Position numbers and translations under genes: made by a program. Below, piece by piece: positions 28,480 through 36,893 of a stretch of DNA of 64,000 nucleotides. Numbering within the stretch: the first letter of the stretch is position 1; every line of letters starts with the position of its first letter. The notes under the pieces were generated by a model, which was not told the DNA's origin, made no database searches, and was given only the letters and a program-made list of their open reading frames with translations. This DNA comes from Rhodospirillales bacterium (GTDB lineage Bacteria; Pseudomonadota; Alphaproteobacteria; Rhodospirillales; Defluviicoccaceae): the NCBI GenBank assembly GCA_050329575.1, contig JBHJOP010000039.1:15812-79811 (forward strand), given 5' to 3'.

Positions 28480-29514
28480 ATGTTCGACACGTTGACGAGA
28501 CGGTTGCTGATGACGGTGACGGCGGCGACAATGATCGCCGTGGCGGCCGGCGGCCCCGCGGCGGCGACCGAGGAGCGGTCCTACCTGCTCGCCACCGCCA
28601 CCACCGGCGGCACCTACTATCCCGTCGGCGTCGCGCTGGCGACGCTGACCAAGGTCAAGCTGCAGCCCAAGGAGAAGGTCTCGCTGTCGGCGATCACCTC
28701 CGCCGGCTCGGGCGAGAACATCAAGCTGCTGCGGGAGAACCAGGTCCAGTTCGCCATCCTGCAGGGCCTGTACGGGGCCTGGGCACGCACCGGCGGCGGC
28801 CAGCTGGCGGCCGACGGCCCGCAGAAGAATCTGCGCTCGATCACCATGCTGTGGCAGAACGTCGAGCACTTCGTCGTCCGTTCCGAGCACGCCAAGACGG
28901 GGACCGCCGCCGACCTGGCCAACCTCAAGGGCCGGAAGTTCTCGATCGGCGAGCGCAATTCGGGGACCGAGGGGTCGGGACGCGTCATCCTCGCCGGCCT
29001 CGGTATCGACCCCGACAACACCTTCGACCTGGTGTTCATGGGTTACAACCCGAGCGCCGACGCCCTCCAGAACGGCACCATCGACGGCATCAACACCCCT
29101 GCCGGCGTGCCGGTCGCCGCCGTCACCCGTCTCGCCGCCGCCCTCGGCGACAGGATCCGCGTCCTCGACTTTACCGCCGAGCAGACCGCTGCCGCCAACA
29201 AGGCGGTCGGCGTCGATCTGTGGACCCGTTTCGTCATTCCCGCCGGCACCTATCCCGGCCAGGCGAAGGACATCGAGACCGTCGGCCAACCCAACTTCCT
29301 CGCCGTCCGCGATGACGTCGACGAGGACGCCGTCTACATGATTACCAAGGCGATCTTCGAGAACCTCGGCTTCATCCAGGCGATCCACAAGGCCACCAAC
29401 GAGATGACCCTGGAGCGGGCGATGGACGGGCTGCCGCTGCCGCTGCATCCCGGCGCCGCCCGGTACTACCGGGAACGCGGGCTCGCCATCCCCGCCGCCC
29501 TGATCGCCGAGTAG
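28480..29514 (+). CDS. TAXI-family TRAP solute receptor (second system)
   Basis: ATG 28480 follows AAGGGAGAAAC. The signal peptide is followed by ATATTGGTYYPVGVALA and the C-terminal LHPGAARYYRERGL. Confidence 0.9.
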   Translation: MFDTLTRRLLMTVTAATMIAVAAGGPAAATEERSYLLATATTGGTYYPVGVALATLTKVKLQPKEKVSLSAITSAGSGENIKLLRENQVQFAILQGLYGAWARTGGGQLAADGPQKNLRSITMLWQNVEHFVVRSEHAKTGTAADLANLKGRKFSIGERNSGTEGSGRVILAGLGIDPDNTFDLVFMGYNPSADALQNGTIDGINTPAGVPVAAVTRLAAALGDRIRVLDFTAEQTAAANKAVGVDLWTRFVIPAGTYPGQAKDIETVGQPNFLAVRDDVDEDAVYMITKAIFENLGFIQAIHKATNEMTLERAMDGLPLPLHPGAARYYRERGLAIPAALIAE

Positions 29515-29584
29515 ACCCCGGGAACCGGCGCCGGACGGCCGCCGCTCGGACCGCCGTCCGAACCGCGGCCGTCCCCCGCCCGCA

Positions 29585-31726
29585 ATGAGCGAACCGCCGA
29601 ACGACAGCGGAGGGGGTTTCGACCGGGAGCGCGGCGAAACCGAGGCGACGGTGAGGTCGGCCGCGTCGCCGGCGGGGCGCGTCGTATTCTGGGCCGGGGT
29701 GGTGATCTCGCTCGCCCACATCTATTTCAACACCCTCGGCACCCTGTCGGAGCTGTGGACCTCGGCGATCCACTTCGGCACCTTCGGCTTCCTCTGCGCG
29801 CTGGTGTTTCCGATCGCCCGCGGGGGGCGTTCGGCGATGCGGCGGACCTGGCTCGCCGTCGACATCGTGATCGGCGCACTGGCGCTGGTCAGCGCCGTCT
29901 ACCTGATCGGAGCCGAGCGGGCGTTGTTCGACCGCGGCGTCCGGTTCGCGGCCGGCGACTGGGCCGTTTCGATCCTCGCCATTCTGCTCGCCGTCGAGTT
30001 CACCCGCCGCACCACCGGCTGGATCATTCCGATCCTGATCGTTCTCTCGCTCTCCTACGTCGCTTGGTGGGGCCGCTATGTCATTGGCGTGTTTCAGTTT
30101 CCCGGTCTGACGGTGGAGACGGTGCTGTTCCGCAGCTACTTCGGCGGCGACGGCATGTTCGGGACGATCGCCCGGATTTCATCCACCTACGTGTTCATGT
30201 TCATCCTGTTCGGGGCCTTTCTGGTGCGCTCCGGAGCGGGCGAGTTCATCATCGATCTGGCGCGCTGCGCCGCCGGCCGCCTGGTCGGCGGACCCGGGCT
30301 GGTGGCGGTGCTCGGCTCGGGACTGATGGGTTCGATCTCCGGCTCGGCGGTGGCCAACACGGTGTCGACGGGGGTGATCACCATCCCGCTGATGAATCGC
30401 TCCGGCTTCACCCCCCGCTTCGCCGCCGGCGTCGAGGCGGCGGCGTCGACCGGCGGCCAGCTGATGCCACCGGTGATGGGCGCGGGCGCGTTCATCATGG
30501 CGAGCTACACCCAGATCCCCTACCTCGAGATTGTCGCGGTGTCGGCGCTGCCGGCGATCCTGTACTTCCTGTCGGTGGCGTTCTGGGTGCGGATCGAGGC
30601 CAAACGCCTGGGCATCGTGGCCATCGCCGAGGACGACCGTCCCGCCGTCCTTACCGTGCTGCGCCGGGGCGGGCATTCGCTGATCCCGATCGCCGTACTC
30701 GTCGGTTTGCTGGTCTGGGGCTTCACGCCGACCTACGCCGCCGGGATCAGCATTCTGGCGGTGATCGGCGCCTCGTGGCTGTCGCCGACGCCGATGGGGC
30801 CGCGGGCGATCGTCGAGGCGCTGGCGCTGGGGGCACGCAACATGACCGCCACCGCGGTGCTGCTGGTCGCGGTTGGGTTGATCGTCAACGTCATCACCAC
30901 CACCGGCGTCGGCAACACCTTCTCACTGATGGTCAACGAGTGGGCGGGCGGCAGCCTGATCGTCACCATTGTCCTCGTCGCGCTGGCCTCGCTGGTGCTC
31001 GGCATGGGGCTGCCGGTGACGGCCGCCTACATCGTTCTCGCCACCCTGTCGGCACCGGCGCTCTACGATCTGATCGTCCAGGGGCAGCTGGTCGCGGCGA
31101 TCGCGGAGGGGACCGTCCCGGACGCGGCGCGGGCGGTGCTGATGCTCGTCGGTGCCGATCCGACGCTGCTCGGCACCGCGATGCCCCACGAGCAGGCGGC
31201 ATCGCTGGTTGCCCAGATCCCCGACGCGATGAGAGGGGTGGTGCTGGAACAGACCCTGAGCGCGGCGGTGCTGACCGCGGCACTCCTGTCCGCCCACATG
31301 ATCATCTTCTGGCTGTCCCAGGACTCCAACGTCACCCCGCCGGTGTGCCTGACCGCCTTCGCCGCCGCCGCGATCGCCGGCACACCGCCGATGGCGACCG
31401 GTTTGACCGCCTGGAAGATCGCCAAGGGCCTTTATGTCGTGCCCCTGTTGTTCGCGTACACCCCGTTCCTCGCGGGCGATCCGGCGGGTGCACTCACCAT
31501 CTTCGCCTTTGCCACCGTCGGCCTCTACGCCCTCACCGCGGCGATCTCCGGGTACGCCGAATCGCCCCTTGGCTGGCCGCTGCGGGCGCCGCTGGCGGCA
31601 GCCGGCGTGGTGCTGTTGTGGCCGCTGGCGGTGGAATGGAAGCTGGCGGGTTTGGTCGCCGTCGCGGCGATCGTCGTCCTCGGCAGCCGCTGGTCGCGGC
31701 GCACGGCGGTGCGCCCCGACCGCTAG
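29585..31726 (+). CDS. TAXI-type TRAP transporter fused permease (second system)
   Basis: 713 aa, polytopic. GGPGLVAVLGSGLMGSISGSAVANTVSTG, STGGQLMPPVMGAGAF. Confidence 0.9.
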   Translation: MSEPPNDSGGGFDRERGETEATVRSAASPAGRVVFWAGVVISLAHIYFNTLGTLSELWTSAIHFGTFGFLCALVFPIARGGRSAMRRTWLAVDIVIGALALVSAVYLIGAERALFDRGVRFAAGDWAVSILAILLAVEFTRRTTGWIIPILIVLSLSYVAWWGRYVIGVFQFPGLTVETVLFRSYFGGDGMFGTIARISSTYVFMFILFGAFLVRSGAGEFIIDLARCAAGRLVGGPGLVAVLGSGLMGSISGSAVANTVSTGVITIPLMNRSGFTPRFAAGVEAAASTGGQLMPPVMGAGAFIMASYTQIPYLEIVAVSALPAILYFLSVAFWVRIEAKRLGIVAIAEDDRPAVLTVLRRGGHSLIPIAVLVGLLVWGFTPTYAAGISILAVIGASWLSPTPMGPRAIVEALALGARNMTATAVLLVAVGLIVNVITTTGVGNTFSLMVNEWAGGSLIVTIVLVALASLVLGMGLPVTAAYIVLATLSAPALYDLIVQGQLVAAIAEGTVPDAARAVLMLVGADPTLLGTAMPHEQAASLVAQIPDAMRGVVLEQTLSAAVLTAALLSAHMIIFWLSQDSNVTPPVCLTAFAAAAIAGTPPMATGLTAWKIAKGLYVVPLLFAYTPFLAGDPAGALTIFAFATVGLYALTAAISGYAESPLGWPLRAPLAAAGVVLLWPLAVEWKLAGLVAVAAIVVLGSRWSRRTAVRPDR

Positions 31727-32262
31727 CCGAGCGAGGTCGGCTTCGTCCCCGGCGTCCACGCCGCGATCGCCACTGCCCGACCGGTGTGGGTGCGCAGGAC
31801 CTTCGGACGGGCCGGCGGGAGCGCAGTTCCGGCGTCGCGCGCGGTCGACGACAGCCGCATCAGGTCGCCGTCGATCTCGGCGCCGTCGCCGCGTCGGCGG
31901 GCAAGCCGGTAGGCGGCCGTGTCACAGGTGATCCGCGTCAGGTGCTCGGTCGAGCAATGACCGTAGCGGCCCCAGACGTCGTCGAGCACCGCCGCCGCCT
32001 CACTGGGAATCCGCGCCTCGATGTCGATGTCGGGGCGCCCCGCGGCGAGCGCCAAGTGAACGTTGGGTTCGATCGGTCCCGCCTCCTCGGCGACGAACAC
32101 CGCCGGCATCAGGCGGCGGCCGCCATGACGCGCGGCAAACGCGCACTGGGCCAGATACATCAGCCGCTGCAGCTTCTGCGGTTGCAGATAGGCGTTCTTC
32201 GACCGCGCCCGGGCGGCGAACCAGAACGCGGCGACGAAAGCGGATCTCAGGGCGGCGGGCAT
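31723..32262 (-). CDS. Panacea/DUF4065 (SocA/GepA-type antitoxin) domain protein
   Basis: 179 aa. LQPQKLQRLMYLAQCAFAARHGGRRLMPAVFVAEEAGPIEPNVHLAL matches the KLQKLLYyAq...lf...feAw.yGPv.p.vy core of DUF4065. Further on: VLDDVWGRYGHCSTEHLTRIT. Confidence 0.6.
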   Translation of the reverse strand: MPAALRSAFVAAFWFAARARSKNAYLQPQKLQRLMYLAQCAFAARHGGRRLMPAVFVAEEAGPIEPNVHLALAAGRPDIDIEARIPSEAAAVLDDVWGRYGHCSTEHLTRITCDTAAYRLARRRGDGAEIDGDLMRLSSTARDAGTALPPARPKVLRTHTGRAVAIAAWTPGTKPTSLG

Positions 32263-32344
32263 TGGACTCCCCTCGGCGATGCCAGTGGCGCCGGTCGCGA
32301 TTCGCGGGCACTCTAGGCTCCTCGCCCCAATAAAGGGTTAAGCG

Positions 32345-34798
32345 ATGTCCGCTGCCCCCGCGCACCGACGGAATGCCGTGGCCCTCGTGCTGGCGACCGT
32401 GCTGGTCGGGCTGTCGGCGGCAGCGGCGATCGCGATCCACCAGCGCACCGCCGTCGTCCACTGGCTGCTGGCTCGAGCCTTGGCTTCCGGCGATCTCGCA
32501 TCGACCCGTTTCACCGTCGAGGCGGTCGGGCTCGACCGGCTGGTGCTGGGCGGCGTTCGCCCCGACCTCGCCGGGTGGGAGCATCACGACGGCCGCATCG
32601 TCGTCCGTTATGCCCCGCGACAGCTTCTCGCCCGGCACGTGGAGGCGATCGAGATCGATGGCTTCGGGTTCGTCGTCACCCTGCCGCGGGCGAACGGTGA
32701 CCCCGCGATCGCGCTCCCGGCAGTGCCGTCGACACACCCGGGCGGCGGCGGTCCCGGCTGGACGGTCGGCAGCGTCGAGATCCGCGACATGCGGATCGCC
32801 ATTGACGGACCATGGACCGCTGCAGCAGTGATCGACGGCCACGCCGGCAGTCGCAGCGACGGCGCCTACGAGGGCGCCCTCACCCTCGCCGGATCGCTGA
32901 CGCCCCCCGATCTGTCGGCGAGCGCCTTCGCGGGGTCGCTCGCCTTCACGGTTTCGCCGCAGGGACCGACGACGCTGAGCGCGACGCTCACCGCCGAGCC
33001 CCTCAATCTGCCGCTGTTCGCCGCTCGCGAGGGCCGCTTCACGGCGATGCTGCGCGATGGGACGATCGCCCTCGTTGGCCGGCTCCTGACCGAAGACGGT
33101 TCCATCGATGTCGAGGCCGAGGGTCGGGTGCCGCGGGAATTCTCCCTCGCCGCGCTCGCCGGAACGCTCCGCATCACCGCCGAACGGCCGCCGCTGCCGC
33201 TGCTTCGGGCGCGCAGCGCGCGACTGGAGGCGGATCTCGCCGAAGGGGCCGCGACCGCGACGCTCGAGATCCTCGCCCGCGAGGGCCGGGTGTCGATCGC
33301 TGCCGCGGGGCCGCTGCCGGCGACGGCGGCAGTGACGGCGCTGCGCGGCCAGGCCACCGTCGATCTCGATCTTGCCGACGTCGCGCTGCCGGGCATCGCG
33401 GCGCCGCTCGCCGTCAAGGGTCGCACCGCAGTCACCGCCGGCGACGTGACCGTGTCGCTCCACCTGCTCACGCCCCTGGTGGTGACGCTGTCCGGTTCGC
33501 AAGGACCGGTCGCGGCGACGATCGCCCCCGACGACCGGCCGCTGCTGGCCGGCCGGCCGGCGCGGATCACCGAACGCGCCGAGCTCAGGGTTCGCGAGGC
33601 CCGCATCGCCACGGCCGCCCGCCCCTTCGCCATCGCCGACGTCGACGCCACCCTCGCCCTCGACCCGGCACCGCAGATCGAGATTCGTCGCGCCGTGGTC
33701 CGGGACCTCGGACCGCCGCCGGCTCTGGCGCCGGTGACGGTGGCCGGGCGGGTCTCGCTCGACGATCGCGACCTGCGGTTCGCGGGCCGGTTGAGCGCCG
33801 CCCGCAACCGTCTGGTCGTCGATGTCGACGGCTCCCACCGGACCGGCACCGATCGCGGCGGCGCCCGGGTGCGCCTTCATCCGCTCACCTTCCGGCCGGA
33901 CGGCTTGCAGCCCGGCGACCTGGTCGCCGGCCTCGGCGACCGCATCGCCGCGGTCGACGGACGGCTGCACGCCGAGGGTCGGCTCGACTGGGGCCGTCGC
34001 GCCCCGGCCTCCGCCTTTACCATTCGCCTCGACGACGTGTCGTTCGGTATCGACGCCCTCCGTCTCGATGGGGTCGGGGGCCGCATCGTCATCGATCGCC
34101 TCTGGCCGCTGCGCACCCCGCCGGGACAGTCGCTGACCGTGCGGCGAATCGGCGTCGGCGCTCCGATGACCGACGCCGTCGTGACCTTCCGCATCGACGA
34201 GCAGAGCCGCATCGTCCTCGACGAGGCCCGGATCGACGTGCTCGGCGGACGATCCTCGGTCGTCCCGACGGTCCTCGATCCGGCCGCCGACGCCCATCGT
34301 CTGGACGTGCGGCTGATCGGGATCGATCTCGCGGCGCTGCTCGCCGTTGCCGACATCGACGGCGCCGCCGCGTCCGGCCGGCTGACCGGCGACGTGCCGC
34401 TCGTCGTTACCGCGGCTGGCTTTTCGGTGAGCGGCGCGGTGCTGACCACCGAGGCGCCTGGCCTCCTCCGCTACGTTCCGGCGACCCCGCCCGTCGCATT
34501 GCAAGCCGGCGGCGAAGGGGTTAGCCTGATGCTCGCCGCGCTCCGCAACTTCCATTACGACGAGATTGCGATGCGCGCCGACGGCCGCAGCGGCGAGGAG
34601 TGGAGGGTCAGACTGGCGATCAACGGTAACAACCCGGACTTCATGGATGGTCATCCTTTTGTCTTCAACCTCGACCTCAGCGGCAGGTTGGACGAGGTCA
34701 TCCGCGCGGGGCTGCTCGGCTACCGGCTGCCGACGCGCATCGGTGAGGGTCTGTCGAGGGGGGATCGGAGGCCGGCCGATAGGGAGTCCCGACCGTGA
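32345..34798 (+). CDS. ydbH: YdbH-family AsmA-like intermembrane lipid-transfer protein
   Basis: 817 aa with an N-terminal TM anchor and a long repetitive beta-rich body. C-terminus: LRNFHYDEIAMRADGRSGEEWRVRLAINGNNPDFMDGHPFVFNLDLSG. It is followed by ynbE and ydbL homologues. Confidence 0.8.
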   Translation: MSAAPAHRRNAVALVLATVLVGLSAAAAIAIHQRTAVVHWLLARALASGDLASTRFTVEAVGLDRLVLGGVRPDLAGWEHHDGRIVVRYAPRQLLARHVEAIEIDGFGFVVTLPRANGDPAIALPAVPSTHPGGGGPGWTVGSVEIRDMRIAIDGPWTAAAVIDGHAGSRSDGAYEGALTLAGSLTPPDLSASAFAGSLAFTVSPQGPTTLSATLTAEPLNLPLFAAREGRFTAMLRDGTIALVGRLLTEDGSIDVEAEGRVPREFSLAALAGTLRITAERPPLPLLRARSARLEADLAEGAATATLEILAREGRVSIAAAGPLPATAAVTALRGQATVDLDLADVALPGIAAPLAVKGRTAVTAGDVTVSLHLLTPLVVTLSGSQGPVAATIAPDDRPLLAGRPARITERAELRVREARIATAARPFAIADVDATLALDPAPQIEIRRAVVRDLGPPPALAPVTVAGRVSLDDRDLRFAGRLSAARNRLVVDVDGSHRTGTDRGGARVRLHPLTFRPDGLQPGDLVAGLGDRIAAVDGRLHAEGRLDWGRRAPASAFTIRLDDVSFGIDALRLDGVGGRIVIDRLWPLRTPPGQSLTVRRIGVGAPMTDAVVTFRIDEQSRIVLDEARIDVLGGRSSVVPTVLDPAADAHRLDVRLIGIDLAALLAVADIDGAAASGRLTGDVPLVVTAAGFSVSGAVLTTEAPGLLRYVPATPPVALQAGGEGVSLMLAALRNFHYDEIAMRADGRSGEEWRVRLAINGNNPDFMDGHPFVFNLDLSGRLDEVIRAGLLGYRLPTRIGEGLSRGDRRPADRESRP

Positions 34799-34989
34799 GC
34801 GCGCGAAGTCTGCCGTCGGCGATCATCCTCGCCACTGCCGCGACCCTCGGGTGCCAGCCGACGGTCAAGCTGCAGGCCCCTCGGGAACCGATCACCATCA
34901 ACCTCAACGTCAGGATCGAACACGAGATCCGGGTCAAGGTCGACAAGGAACTGGAGACTCTGTTCGAGAAGGATCCGGAGCTGTTCTGA
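34795..34989 (+). CDS. ynbE: YnbE-family lipoprotein
   Basis: The GTG start overlaps the ydbH stop (GTGA). Lipobox ATLGC, then EPITINLNVRIEHEIRVKVDKELE, as in E. coli YnbE. Confidence 0.85.
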   Translation: MSARSLPSAIILATAATLGCQPTVKLQAPREPITINLNVRIEHEIRVKVDKELETLFEKDPELF

Positions 34990-34991
34990 CG

Positions 34992-35366
34992 ATGACCGAC
35001 CGACGTTTCGCGATCGTCGCTCTGGCGCGCGCCGCGGCCGCCGCGTTGACCTTCGCCCTGCTCGCCGTGCTGCCGCCCGCCGCCGGCCCCGCGCACGCGC
35101 TCACCCTCGACGAGGCTCGGCAGGCCGGCTGGGTCGGCGAGCGTCCGGACGGCTATCTCGGCCTCGTCGATCCGGCGGCCCCGGCCGCCGCTCGGAAGCT
35201 GGTCGACGACGTCAACGTCAAGCGCCGCGCCCACTATGCCGACATCGCGCAACGCACCGGCGCCGACGTTCGCGACGTCGGCATCCTGGCCGGCGAGAAG
35301 CTGATCTCCGGCGCCAACCCCGGAACCTTCGTCATGGACGCCGCCGGCCGCTGGCGGCGCAGGTGA
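34992..35366 (+). CDS. ydbL: YdbL-family (DUF1318) periplasmic protein
   Basis: The signal peptide is followed by ALTLDEARQAGWVGERPDGYLGLV...VDDVNVKRRAHYADIAQRTG...AGEKL. Confidence 0.85.
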   Translation: MTDRRFAIVALARAAAAALTFALLAVLPPAAGPAHALTLDEARQAGWVGERPDGYLGLVDPAAPAAARKLVDDVNVKRRAHYADIAQRTGADVRDVGILAGEKLISGANPGTFVMDAAGRWRRR

Positions 35367-35391
35367 CGCCGGCGCCGGCCGGTCAACGGCC

Positions 35392-36525
35392 TCAGATGTA
35401 GTACTCCTGCATCGGCGGGAAACCGTTGAAGCCCTGCGCGGCGTAGACCGACGTGTAGGCGCCGGCGCTCAGCAGGGTGACTCGGTCGCCGCTCCGCAAG
35501 GCCAGCGGCAGGGTGTAGGGCGTCTTCTCGTAGAGGATGTCGGCTCCGTCGCAGGTCGGCCCGGCGATCACCACCGGCCCCTCCGGCTGGCCGTCGTAGG
35601 GCGTGCACAGCGGGTATCTGATCGCCTCCTCCATGGTCTCGGCGAGGCCGCCGAACTTGCCGACGTCGAAGTACACCCAGCGCTCCCGGTCCTCGTAGCG
35701 CTTGCGCGAGACCAGCAGCACCTCGGTGCGAATCACCCCCGCCTCGGCGGCGATGCAGCGACCCGGTTCGATGATCATCCGCGGCAGGTCGTTGCCGAAG
35801 TGTCTGGTCATCGCCCGCATGATGGCACCGGCGAAACGATCGATCGGCGGCAGGTGGTCGCCACGGTAGCGTGCCGGGAAGCCGCCGCCGAGATTGATCA
35901 TCCGCAGCTCGAGGCCGGCGTGGCGGAGATCGGAGAACACCTTCGCGGTGCGGCCGATGGCGACCTCCCAGCGCTCAGGTTCGGTCTGCTGCGAGCCGAC
36001 ATGGAACGAGATCCCCTCTGGGTCGAGGCCGAGGTCGGCGGCGCGCAGCATCAGATCGCGGGCCATGTCGAGCTCACACCCGAACTTGCGCGACAGCGGC
36101 CATTGGGAACCGTCGCTGGACACCAGGATGCGACAGTACACCTTGGCTCCCGGTGCCTCCGCCGCAAGTTTCTGCAGCTCCTCCAGGCTGTCGAAGGCGA
36201 ACAGGCGAACGCCGCGTTGGTAGGCGCGGGCGATGTCGCTGCGCCGTTTGACGGTGTTGCCGAACGAGATTCGCGTCGGCGCGGCGCCGGCGTCCAGGCA
36301 CTGGTCGACCTCGTTGGCGCTGGCGGCATCGAAGCTCGAGCCGAGATCGACGAGAGTGCGCAGCAGCGGTGGCGCCGGGTTGGCCTTGACCGCGTAGTAG
36401 ACGTCGGCCACGGGCATCGCGGCGCGCAGGGCTTGGTAGTTGGCGGCGACTTCGTCGAGATCGACGACCAGGAACGGCGTCTCGCGGCCGCCGTCACCGA
36501 GGAAACGGACAATTTTGGGAGTCAT
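35392..36525 (-). CDS. Group IV (alanine-racemase-fold) PLP-dependent ornithine/lysine decarboxylase
   Basis: 377 aa. YYAVKANP (PLP Lys), FHVGSQ, NLGGGFP, EPGR, GPTCDGAD. Confidence 0.9.
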   Translation of the reverse strand: MTPKIVRFLGDGGRETPFLVVDLDEVAANYQALRAAMPVADVYYAVKANPAPPLLRTLVDLGSSFDAASANEVDQCLDAGAAPTRISFGNTVKRRSDIARAYQRGVRLFAFDSLEELQKLAAEAPGAKVYCRILVSSDGSQWPLSRKFGCELDMARDLMLRAADLGLDPEGISFHVGSQQTEPERWEVAIGRTAKVFSDLRHAGLELRMINLGGGFPARYRGDHLPPIDRFAGAIMRAMTRHFGNDLPRMIIEPGRCIAAEAGVIRTEVLLVSRKRYEDRERWVYFDVGKFGGLAETMEEAIRYPLCTPYDGQPEGPVVIAGPTCDGADILYEKTPYTLPLALRSGDRVTLLSAGAYTSVYAAQGFNGFPPMQEYYI

Positions 36526-36546
36526 GGCCCCCTCCTCCAGGTTCGC

Positions 36547-36558
36547 TGTTCATGAACA
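36547..36558. promoter_or_regulatory. Perfect 12-bp palindrome TGTTCATGAACA upstream of the decarboxylase start
   Basis: Read directly from the sequence. It lies 22 nt upstream of ATG 36525 and just 5' of the GGAGGAGGGGG Shine-Dalgarno (minus-strand sense). Confidence 0.3.
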
Positions 36559-36616
36559 CACGGATACGCGTGCCGGCCCGCTCGGGCGGCGCGTCGCAAC
36601 GGTGGCTTGCGGCGAA

Positions 36617-36712
36617 TTACGCCGCCAACAGACTGGAGTGGGGATTCTTCCTGCCGAGCAGAAGGATGTACGACTTGCGATAACCGCAGGTCCAATCCAT
36701 GACCGTGATCAT
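36617..36712 (-). CDS. Candidate 31-codon leader ORF upstream of the decarboxylase
   Basis: The minus strand reads GGAGGAAGTTACA-ATG ATC ACG GTC ATG GAT TGG ACC TGC GGT TAT CGC AAG TCG TAC ATC CTT CTG CTC GGC AGG AAG AAT CCC CAC TCC AGT CTG TTG GCG GCG TAA (MITVMDWTCGYRKSYILLLGRKNPHSSLLAA). The stop sits in the loop of a GCGGCG/CGCCGC hairpin. Confidence 0.3.
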   Translation of the reverse strand: MITVMDWTCGYRKSYILLLGRKNPHSSLLAA

Positions 36713-36893
36713 TGTAACTTCCTCCAACAGCACCGGTTCCTCGGCCCGACCGGTCGGCTAAAAGAGGACTGTTCCGACGCGACCTTCGCGTACAAGCATG
36801 CGAAGGAGCAACGGAAGCGAGGGATCGCGGTTATATGCGAAACGGCCGGACGATTCAAAGAATAATTTCAGCGGCCGGACGGATCGCCCGCCG

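Noticed and set aside
32000-34654. 884-aa minus-strand ORF antisense to ydbH, plus the other frames at 32812-34524 and 32866-33849
   Set aside because: These are low-complexity Arg/Gly/Asp-rich translations. The plus-frame product has the YdbH C-terminal signature and the correct operon partners.
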